This document shows, piece after piece, positions 45,001 to 54,184 of a stretch of 64,000 nt of DNA; within the stretch, counting starts at the first letter, position 1; every line of letters starts with the position of its first letter. Both the position numbers and the translations under genes were made by a program. This DNA is from Hypanus sabinus. Taxonomy: Eukaryota. The notes beneath the pieces were generated by a model. It saw only the letters and a program-made list of their open reading frames with translations, did no database searches and had not been told where the DNA came from. The stretch lies in contig NC_082730.1 of the NCBI RefSeq assembly GCF_030144855.1, positions 14,136,001-14,200,000 of the forward strand, read 5' to 3'.

Positions 45001-48000
45001 ACCAAGTGGAACACCGAACCTGGACATGGACTCGAGTGGAACACCGAGCCTGGACTTGGACTCGAGTGGAACACCGAGCCTGGACTGGACTCGAGTGGAA
45101 CACTGAGCCTGGACTTGGACTCGAGTGGAACACCGAGCCTGGACATGGACTCGAGTGGAACACCGAGCCTGGACTTGGACTCGAGTGGAACACCGAGCCT
45201 GGACTGGACTCGAGTGGAACACTGAGCCTGGACTTGGACTCGAGTGGAACACCGAGCCTGGACTTGGACTCGAGTGGAACACCGAGCCTGGACTTGGACT
45301 CGAGTGGAACACTGAGCCTGGACTTGGACTCGAGTGGAACACCGAGCCTGGACTTGGACTCGAGCGGAACACCGAGCGTGGACTTGGAACTGAGTGGAAC
45401 ACCGAGCCTGGACTTGGACTCGAGTGGAACACCGAGCCTGGACTTGAACTCGAGTGGAACACCGAGCCTGGACTTGGACTCAAGTCGAACACCGAGCCTG
45501 GACTTGGACTCAAGTGGAACACCGAGCCTGGACTTGGACTCGAGTGGAACACCGAACCTGGACATGGACTCGAGTGGAACACCGAACCTGGACTTGGAAC
45601 TGAGTGGAACACCGAGCCTGGACTGGACTCGAGTGGAACACCGAGCCTGGACTGGACTCGAGTGGAACACCGAGCCTGGACTTGAACTCGAGTGGAACCG
45701 AGCCTGGACTTGGACCCGAGTGGAACACCGAGCCTGGACTTGGACTCGAGTGGAACACCGAGCCTGGACTTGGACTCGAGTGGAACACCGAGCCTGGACT
45801 TGGACTCGAGTGGAACACCGAGCCTGGACTTGGACTCAAGTGGAACACCGAACCTGGACTTGGACTCGAGTGGAACACCGAGCCTGGACTTGGACTCGAG
45901 TGGAACACCGAACCTGGACATGGACTCGAGTGGAACACCGAACCTGGACATGGAACCTGGTGGAACACCGAGCCTGGACTTGGACTCGAGTGGAACACCG
46001 AGTCTGGACATGGAACCAAGTGGAACACCGAGCCTGGACTTGGACTCGAGTGGAACACCGAGCCTGGACTTGGACTCGAGTGGAACACCGAGCCTGGACT
46101 TGGACTCGAGTGGAACACCGAGCCTGGACTTGGACTCGAGCAGAACACCAAGCCTGGACTTGGAACTGAGTGGAACACCGAGCCTGGACTGGACTCGAGT
46201 GGAACACCGAGCCTGGACTTGGACTCGAGTGGAACACCGAGCCTGGACTTGGACTCGAGTGGAACACCGAGCCTGGACTTGGACTCGAGTGGAACACCGA
46301 GCCTGGATTTGAACTCGAGTGGAACACCGAGCCTGGACTTGGACTCGAGCGGAACACCAAGCCTGGACTTAGAACTGAGTGGAACACCGAGCCTGGACTT
46401 GGACTCGAGTGGAACACCGAGCCTGGACTTGGACTCGAGTGGAACACCGAGCCTGGATTTGGACTCGAGTGGAACACCGAGCCTGGACTTGGACTAGAGC
46501 GGAACACCAAGCCTGGACTTGGAACTGAGTGGAACACCGAGCCTGGACTTGGACTCGAGTGGAACACCGAGCCTGGACTTGGACTCGAGTGGAACACCGA
46601 GCCTGGATTTGGACTCGAGTGGAACACCGAGCCTGGACTTGGACTCGAGCGGAACACCAAGACTGGACTTGGACTCGCGTGGAACACCGAACCTGGACAT
46701 GGACTCGAGTGGAACACCGAGCCTGGACTTGGACTCGAGTGGAACACCGAGCCTGGACTTGGACTCGAGTGGAACACCAAGCCTGGACTTGGACTCGAGT
46801 GGAACACCGAGCCTGTATTTGGACTCGAGTGGAACACCAAGCCTGGACCTGGACTCGAGCGGAACACCGAGCCTGGACTTGGAACTGAGTGGAACACCGA
46901 GCCTGGACTGGACTCGAGTGGAACACCGAACCTGGACATGGACTCTAGTGGAACACCGAACCTGGACTTGGACTCGAGTGGAACACCGAACCTGGACTTG
47001 GACTCGAGTGGAACACCGAACCTGGACTTGGACTCGAGCGGAACACCTAACCTGGACTTGGACTCGTGTGGAACACCGAGCCTGGACTTGGACTCGAGTG
47101 GAACACCGAACCTGGACTTGGACTCGAGTGGAACACCGAGCCTGGACTTGGACTCAAGTGGAACACCGAACCTGGACATGGAACCAAGTGGAACACCGAG
47201 CCTGGACTTGAACTCCAGTGGAACACCAAGACTGGACTTGGACTCGAGTGGAACACCAAGACTGGACTTGGACTCGAGTGGAACACCGAGCCTGGACTGG
47301 ACTCGAGTGGAACACCGAGCCTGGACTTGGACTCGAGTGGAACACCGAACCTGGACATGGCCTCGAGTGGAACACCGAGCCTGGACTTGGACTCGAGCGG
47401 AACACCGAGTCTGGACATGGAACCAAGTGGAACACCGAGCCTGGACATGAACTCGAGTGGAACCGAGCCTGGACTTGGACTCGAGTGGAACACCGAGCCT
47501 GGACTTGGACTCGAGTGGAACACCGAGCCTGGACTTGGACTCGAGTGGAACACCGAGCCTGGACTTGGACTCGAGTGGAACACCGAGCCTGGACTTGGAC
47601 TCGAGTGGAACACCGAGCCTGGACTTGGACTCGAGTGGAACACCGAGCCTGGACTTGGACTCGAGTGGAACACCGAGCCTGGACTTGGACTCGAGTGGAA
47701 CACCGAGCCTGGACTTGGACTCGAGTGGAACACTGAGCCTGGACTTGGACTCGAGTGGAACACCGAGCCTGGACTTGGACTCGAGCGGAACACCGAGCCT
47801 GGACTTGGAACTGAGTGGAACACCGAGCCTGGACTTGGACTCGAGTGGAACACCGAGCCTGGACTTGAACTCGAGTGGAACAACGAGCCTGGACTTGGAC
47901 TCAAGTCGAACACCGAGCCTGGACTTGGACTCAAGTGGAACACCGAGCCTGGACTTGGACTCGAGTGGAATACCGAACCTGGACATGGACTCGAGTGGAA

Positions 48001-49615
48001 CACCGAACCTGGACTTGGAACTGAGTGGAACACCGAGCCTGGACTGGACTCGAGTGGAACACCGAGCCTGGACTGGACTCGAGTGGAACACCGAGCCTGG
48101 ACTTCGACTCGAGTGGAACACCAAGACTGGACTTGGACTCGAGTGGAACACCGAGCCTGGACTGGACTCGAGCGGAACACCGAGTCTGGACATGGAACCA
48201 AGTGGAACACCGAGCCTGGACATGAACTCGAGTGGAACCGAGCCTGGACTTGGACTCGAGTGGAACACCGAGCCTGGACTTGGACTCGAGTGGAACACCG
48301 AGCCTGGACTTGGACTCGAGTGGAACACCGAGCCTGGACTTGGACTCGAGTGGAACACCGAGCCTGGACTTGGACTCGAGTGGAACACCGAGCCTGGACA
48401 TGAACTCGAGTGGAACACCGAGCCTGGTCTTGGACTCGAGTGGAACACCGAGCCTGGACTTGGACTCGAGTGGAACACCGAGCCTGGACTTGGACTCGAG
48501 TGGAACACCGAGCCTGGACATGGACTCGAGTGGAACACCGAGCCTGGACTTGGACTCGAGTGGAACACCGAGCCTGGACTGGACTCGAGTGGAACACCGA
48601 GCCTGGACTTGGACTCGAGTGGAACACCGAGCCTGGACTTGGACTCGAGTGCAACACCGAGCCTGGACTTGGACTCGAGTGGAACACCGAGCCTGGACTT
48701 GAACTCCAGTGGAACACCGAGCCTGGACTTGGACTCGAGTGGAACACCGAGCCTGGACTTGGACTCGAGTGGAACACCGAGCCTGGACTTGGACTCGAGT
48801 GGAACACCGAGCCTGGACTTGGACTCGAGTGGAACACCGAGCCTGGACTTGAACTCGAGTGGAACACCGAGCCTGGACTTGGACTCGAGCGGAACACCGA
48901 GCCTGGACTTGGACTCGAGTGGAACACCGAGCCTGGACTTGGACTCGAGTGGAACACCGAACCTGGACATGGACTCGAGTGGAACACCGAACCTGGACTT
49001 GGAACTGAGTGGAACACCGATCCTGGACTGGACTCGAGTGGAACACCGAGCCTGGACTGGACTCGAGTGGAACACCGAGCCTGGACTTGAACTCGAGTGG
49101 AACCGAGCCTGGACTTGGACTCGAGTGGAACACCGAGCCTGGACTTGGACTCGAGTGGAACACCGAGCCTGGACTTGGACTCGAGTGGAACACCGAGCCT
49201 GGACTTGGACTCGAGTGGAACACCGAGCCTGGACTTGGACTCGAGTGGAACACCGAGCCTGGTCTTGGACTCCAGTGGAACACCGAACCTGGACTTGGAC
49301 TCGAGTGGAACACCAAGCCTGGACTTGGACTCGAGTGGAACACCGAGCCTGGACTTGGACTCGAGTGGAACACCGAGCCTGGACTTGGACTCGAGTGGAA
49401 CACCGAGCCTGGACTTGGACTTGAGTGGAACACCGAACCTGGACTTGGACTCGAGTGGAACACCGAACCTGGACTTGGACTCGAGTGGAACACCGAACCT
49501 GGACATGGAACCAAGTGGAACTCCGAGCCTGGACTTGGAGTCGAGTGGAACACTGAGCCTGGAGATGGAACCAAGTGGAACACAGATCCTGGACTTGAAG
49601 TTGACTGGAACACAG
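1..49615. repeat. Giant 30-bp tandem (mini)satellite array, ~1,660 monomers, truncated by the left window edge
   Basis: Uninterrupted copies of GGAACACCGAGCCTGGACTTGGACTCGAGT in one orientation. Length variants recur: 29 bp (GGACTGGACTC, e.g. 121-149), 28 bp (GTGGAACCGAG, e.g. ~4,222) and 24 bp (~40,860). The last two full monomers (49,547-49,576 and 49,577-49,606) each differ from consensus at 6 positions. Confidence 0.99.
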
Positions 49616-50154
49616 AAGAGACAGAATACTCAACTCCAAGTAGCAGCAAACGACCAGACCTACTCAATTGGAAACAAGATGACTAAACCAAACAACAACA
49701 CTGAATATGTGTCTTGACACGGAGAAGCTCATGAAGCAGAAAACGGCCAGCAATCACAGCTGGACATGAAAGAGACAGAATTCCTAACTTAGTGTAGGGG
49801 CAAACGGCTGGACCTAATCAGCTGGAAATGAAATGTCTAAAACAAACTACGACAGACCACTCGCATCCCGGCTTGGAGCAGTGGCAAAATGGCCAGCAAC
49901 ACTCAGCTGGACATGAGGCTCTCGACACGACTCAGGAACTGCAGACGTCAGGCTCTCGACTTCACCCATTCTCGACGGATCCGAACAAGCATAGCCACCC
50001 TTCTGAGGTGAGGAACCAGCAGCGAGTAGATGCAAGCTGGAGTATTTATGCAGCGGGTTCGAATGAGGATCAGTTGCCCTAATCAAGGAGCCCAGTGGAA
50101 CATGGGGAATTGGAAATTAACTGAAATGAGTAGATAATGGACCGGATCATGACA
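49616..50154 (-). mobile_element. 5' part of a probable LTR-retrotransposon LTR, running into the satellite
   Basis: The minus strand begins TGTCATGATCCGGTCC at 50,154 (TG start typical of LTRs; the solo LTR at 60,252 also starts TGTCA). A TATA-like CATAAATA lies ~105 bp inside. There is a sharp boundary with a CR1 3'-end fragment at 50,155. The 3' ...CA end and TSD are not in the window. Confidence 0.55.
50043..50050 (-). promoter_or_regulatory. TATA-like box of the putative LTR, pointing into the satellite
   Basis: CATAAATA on the minus strand at a U3-like position; motif match only. Confidence 0.35.
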
Positions 50155-50270
50155 TATGGCTGATCTTGCCATGGACTCAACTTCACCAACCTGCATTTCC
50201 CCCATACCCTTTAAATCCCCTACTATGTAAAAATCTATCCAACCTTGCCTTAAATATATTTACTGGTTAA
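50155..50270 (-). mobile_element. CR1 LINE 3'-end fragment (antisense); host of the putative LTR
   Basis: TATGGCTGATCT...CCCCATACCCTT...AAAAATCTATCCAACCTTGCCTTAAATATATT resembles the antisense CR1 3' sequence at 58,570-58,690 (ATCATGGCTGATC...CTTTAAATACA). Confidence 0.6.
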
Positions 50271-50369
50271 ACCTCTTGAAATAATGTACATGTTGTGTTT
50301 GCCTTAATTAATTGGGGGATTGAGCTTAAAAGACATCAGGTATTATAACAATTCTATAATTCAAGGTAT

Positions 50370-51053
50370 TATACCTTGAATGCTGTCTACTTAGACCTTA
50401 ACAAGGCTTTCTACAAGGCTCCAGAAAGCTGGTCCCCATGGAATCCAGGGAGAGATAGTGAGGAGGAATTAACATTGGCTTTAAGTAGGAAGCAGAGGTG
50501 GTGTTTGAATGGAGTTTGGTGCCTCATGTCATGTCACAAGGATCAGTCTCAGGGCCCTTGTTATTCCTTATTTATTTATCAATCATTCGGAAGCAAGTGC
50601 ACAAGTAAGTTTGTGAAGAGCAGAAAATTAGGAGATACAATTGATAGGGGAGAATGTTAGTGTAGATTACAGAAGTATCTTGATCATTTAGGGAAGTGGA
50701 CTGAGGAGTGGCACATGGATTTCAATACATATGAGTGTGTGATGATGAACTTTGGAAAGTCCAGCCACCATCGGACTTATGCTACAAATGACATGGTGCT
50801 TGTGTGCGTAATGCAACAGTGTGACCTAGAAATACAAGGGCACAGTTCATCGAAAACAGTGACAAAGGTGCTGAAACAAATGTCCAGCACTCCAGCCTTC
50901 ACCTGCCAGGGCACCAAGTGTTAGAGGATTAGAGGACATTGAGTTATCGGGATAGGTTGTCCAGGTTAGATCATTATTCCTCAGAACGCAGGAAAATGAG
51001 AAGTGACCTTATAGAAGTGCCTAAAATTATGGGAGACATAGATAAGGTGGACA
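50370..51053 (+). mobile_element. Degenerate CR1 LINE ORF2 (reverse transcriptase and C-terminus) remnant
   Basis: Broken motifs in the correct order: AVYLDLNKAFYKAP (cf. YLDFSKAFDKV), QGPCYSLFIY (cf. QGSVLGPLLFLIY), SKFV..RKLG (cf. KFADDTKLG), MDFNTYECVMMNFG, SYRDRLSRLDHYSSERRKMRSDLIEVPKIMGDIDKVD. Multiple stops and frameshifts. Confidence 0.85.
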
Positions 51054-51556
51054 CCATACCTTACAATAAATACAAGCCTGATTCAATTTTAGAGTTAGAA
51101 TCCACAAATTATGTTATGACCCATGGAATATTGCAGACAGGGTAACCCATAATAACCATCTGGATAGAACACTACAGGATAGACAAGCAAAATCATCTAA
51201 CTTCATAGATGGAACCATTCCAGACACACATAACTTGTAGAAATCAAGAAGTGAAAAACATCAGAAATATGCTAAATTAAAAGAGGAAGTTGAACAACGT
51301 TGGAACATTAACACGGTAAGCATTGTCCTGATAGTAATATCTGCAACTGGTATCATCCCAAAGGCACTACACAATAGCAATAAGCAATTAGTGCTACTCA
51401 CCAATATCTATGTAAATCTTAAGAAAGCCACAATACTAAACACAATCAGAATAGTCTCAAAGTACTTAGCAATTGAGAAATGAGTGTGTTTGGCTCTTCC
51501 TGTACCTCAGCTGTACAGCTGAGAGCCAGCTGTACCCAGCTTGAGCTGAGAAAAAA
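51051..51556 (+). mobile_element. 5'-truncated R4/Dong-clade non-LTR retrotransposon 3' end (REL endonuclease remnant plus 3' UTR)
   Basis: 51,145-51,483 translates to THNNHLDRTLQDRQAKSSNFIDGTIPDTHNL*KSRSEKHQKYAKLKEEVEQRWNINTVSIVLIVISATGIIPKALHNSNKQLVLLTNIYVNLKKATILNTIRIVSKYLAIEK*. This fits the decayed PD-(D/E)xK REL pattern (RPD..D...EK..KY..L...VP.V.S..G). It ends in CCAGCTTGAGCTGAGAAAAA followed by TAA-rich sequence. Confidence 0.75.
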
Positions 51557-51739
51557 TAATTAATAACTTAATTATTTTAAAAGTGATAATATTATTATTT
51601 AACAGTTTAAATCAATCTAATTACTTACATGGGCACAACCAAGTGGCAAACACCTTTCACCAAAATCTTGCTTTAAAGTACAAACTTATAAAAGGACTTC
51701 ATAACTTACTCTTCATACATGCCTTATCCAGCTTTGGAG

Positions 51740-51812
51740 TCATAGTCCAATAAATAGAGCTTGACTCTGGCTGTACCACTGGTTTTACCAGCTTGAGCTG
51801 AGAAAAAAAAAA
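51740..51812 (+). mobile_element. Second short 3'-end copy of the same R4/Dong-like family
   Basis: CCAGCTTGAGCTGAGAAAAA at 51,788-51,807 is identical to 51,536-51,555 and is followed by an A-tail. Confidence 0.6.
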
Positions 51813-52177
51813 TATTGGTTGGGCTTGTCCACGGATGTTGTATCCCAGCTGTCTATGTGATAAGCAAGCTGTTGCCTGTGTACCAGGCTCCCACTCTCCA
51901 CACAACTAATAATACCAAAGGAACAGCAGAGACAAATAGAGTTTTGCACAAGTGGCATCACAGTGCCGATCAGCATTGAATTCAACGTAGGACCGGCATA
52001 GAGACTCCAGCTCCAGATCCTCTCCAAGCTTTACCCATGAGTGTGTATAGCCGCAAGGCAGCAGAGGTTTGAGCTGTGGAGTCTTCCAGAGGAAGTGATG
52101 AGGCAGGTACAGGAGGCACCTGGATAGGTACATGGAGGGGCAGGGCTCAGAGAGATGTGGGCTGAATGCTGGAAATC

Positions 52178-52400
52178 AGAATCAAGTTTAATATCACTGC
52201 CCTACGTCATGAAATTTGTTGTTTTACTTCAGAAGTACATTGATATACATAATTATAAAAAATTGGGAATTACCCTAAGTACAAATATGGAAAATTAAAT
52301 TAAATCAGTGATGCAGAAAGAGAGGAATAAATAGTGAGTTGATGTTCAGAAGCTGTTTCTGGAACACTGAGTGTGTGTCTTCAGGCTTCTGTGCCTCCTA
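52178..52400 (-). mobile_element. LINE 3'-end remnant (Rex1/Babar-like, antisense)
   Basis: AATCAGAATCAAGTTTAATATCACTG... and AGAAGCTGTTTCTGGAACACTGAGTGTGTGTCTTCAGGCTTCTGT resemble fish LINE 3' ends as I recall them; family assignment not verified. Confidence 0.4.
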
Positions 52401-53055
52401 AAAATCCCATGAATCTTTCTCGGAAAACTTTGGCTGTACTCAGTCTAATGTAAGTGTATCCTTCCTCAGGTGGGAAGAACCAGACCTGTAGAAAGTGGTC
52501 CAGATACAGTCTTACCAGAGCTCTGTATAATGGGAACATGATAAACACTCTGTTATTACTTAACTTCCTGAAAGAAATTAAGATTGAAGGGGGTGTGGTG
52601 GGAGTGGGGTGTCAGGGTGGTTATTATACCCTGAGGGACAAAAGCATTTTGACATTTGTAGTGATGATCTAGCCTCCAAGCGGGCCAAAACCATGTCATG
52701 GTTTGGAGGTTTGTGTGCCTCAATGACCCAGAGAACTATGTTGGCTGGATTCAAGCACTGTTTTGGCTCTTGGTCTGGTCATCTTGCCAAACAGGTCAAA
52801 TGGTAGAGGCCAGGCTAAGCGTGGTTCACAGGTCCTCCAGTTTTGGGGTTCAGTTCAGGTAAAACAACACTTTTTGGACCTCCATTGCTGCCCCAAACAC
52901 CAGTGGTGCAACAGAGGATATCTAGTCAGGCCCTCATTGCCAATAGGTCATACTTGCTGATGAAGGGAACTGGAACGTGGGGGGTGTGGAAGAAGCAGCT
53001 CAGAAAAAAGCTTGACAAAGTAATTATGTGGATTGATTAAGGTAGAAGAATTATG

Positions 53056-53886
53056 CCCAGTGGCCACGTTATTAGGTACACCTCAGCTCATAAATTCAAG
53101 TAACTAATCAGCCAATCATATGGCAGGAATTCATTGCATAAAAACATATGATTAAGAGGTTCAGTTTCATTTAGACGAATTGAGAAGAAATGTGACATCA
53201 GCGATAAACAAAAAAAATCCATTGAGTGCCATTTCTGTGCATGCAAATGCTTGTTTATGAGAGAGGTCAAAGGTCTTGTAAACTAGTGTTTTTTTAACAA
53301 TACTTTTTATAAGATTTGTACTTTTCAGTATTCATTTTTCACAGTATGTGCTGGCTTTTCCACACTCACTGGCAGAAAGTGGTATTGCAGTTAAAGTGAT
53401 CGTTTATCACCACCTTCTTTTTTCATTGGCAAAGTATTAGCCCATTACCCACGTGATGTAATTGTTTGAATTATGTAGCCCATTAACTAATTTATTTCTG
53501 TTGAAGGAACATTCCTAATCCTAACTTTAAAAGTAATATATTTTTCAGATATGCCATCTTTTTGTCTTTGCATCCATTGCTGTTCATTTACTTCTTAGCT
53601 CTTTATTTAGTTTGCATAGTATTTCTATGATTGTTTGTACTTTAAAATAGATGATCATTAGATTCAAGATTGTTCATCATTCCTGAATCCCGGAAGAACC
53701 CAAAGGATCAGAAAGTAAACTGAGGTCCAGTAGCGGACAATAGCGAGACTGGTTCAATCTGATAGGAATGTGACAGTAACTCATTAGCCGATATGCGTGC
53801 TGTTATGTAGTTGCCGCCACATGATTGGCTGTTTAGGTGTTTCTGTTAACAAGCAGGTGTACAAGTGTAAGATGGCCACCAAGCAT
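53056..53886. mobile_element. Non-autonomous Tc1/mariner-derived element with long inverted ends, just 3' of the receptor stop codon
   Basis: Left end CAGTGGCCACGTTATTAGGTACACC...CTAATCAGCCAATCATATGGCAG. Right end is its inverse (ATGATTGGCTGTTTAG...AAGCAGGTGTAC...ATGGCCACC). Shares the TIR motif CAGTGGCCACTTTATTAGG and internal pieces (GAGAGAGGTC, GACTGGTTC) with the copy at 59,901. Confidence 0.7.
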
Positions 53887-53929
53887 AACTATTCTGCCTT
53901 CACTGATCCACATAATTACTTTATCAAAC

Positions 53930-54184
53930 TTATTCCAAGTCCTGTGGATCACCAGGAGAGAAAGATTTCCGTTTGAGTATTGCTGGTTGATATTCGAATT
54001 TGATATCTGCATAGTTGACGTTGTCCACATCAGTAACAGAGTGTAATGCTTCAGATTTCCCTGTATATTCCACTTTTGCATACACAATTCCATTTTCATT
54101 GTTAGCCAACTGGGCAGCTGCCTCATTGTTTCGAACATGGTGTAGATCTGCAGAAGTGACATTTTCTACCATCGTGGCCATTTC
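53930..54184 (-). CDS. CD300-like/MDIR-like inhibitory receptor, exon 7 (cytoplasmic tail with ITIM-like motifs and stop)
   Basis: Acceptor TTTTTTTTTCAG|GAA (phase 0). Encodes EMATMVENV...NGIVYAKV...DNVNYADI...PQDLE*. IVYAKV fits the ITIM consensus and VNYADI is ITIM-like. Confidence 0.85.
   Translation of the reverse strand, partial: EMATMVENVTSADLHHVRNNEAAAQLANNENGIVYAKVEYTGKSEALHSVTDVDNVNYADIKFEYQPAILKRKSFSPGDPQDLE

Noticed and set aside
121-49100. 29- and 28-bp monomers as sequencing errors
   Set aside because: They recur at identical positions in HOR copies and give exact periods (30n-1; 48x30-7).
1-49615. CRISPR array
   Set aside because: Monomers abut directly with no unique spacers, there are no cas genes, and the context is a spliced vertebrate gene.
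1-49615. Telomeric repeat or G-quadruplex array
   Set aside because: No TTAGGG, and only GG doublets with long loops.
7991-49667. Minus-strand multi-kb ORFs as a mucin gene or as the receptor's mucin stalk
   Set aside because: They stay open only because all three minus frames are stop-poor, and they switch peptide motif at each indel. The edge ORFs start at TTG, and the ATGs in the LTR segment that I checked (49,732, 49,767, ~49,913) open only short ORFs. The array lies downstream of the TM and tail exons, so it cannot be a stalk.
168-49717. Giant + strand repeat protein (DSSGTPSLDL or EWNTEPGLGL)
   Set aside because: Fixed 29- and 28-bp monomers break every frame within a few hundred bp to ~1 kb. 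Most HOR periods (899, 959, 1,049, 1,433, 3,614) are not multiples of 3. Most listed starts are GTG/TTG, and there is no leader or unique domain.
51815-52135. Segment resembling a retroposon-derived interspersed repeat; similar impressions at 62,930-63,180 and 63,620-63,700
   Set aside because: Impression from memory only; no internal TSD, tail or motif to support a family call.
52589-52617. Isolated G4 motif GGGGGTGTGGTGGGAGTGGGGTGTCAGGG
   Set aside because: A single motif in intergenic sequence with no supporting context.
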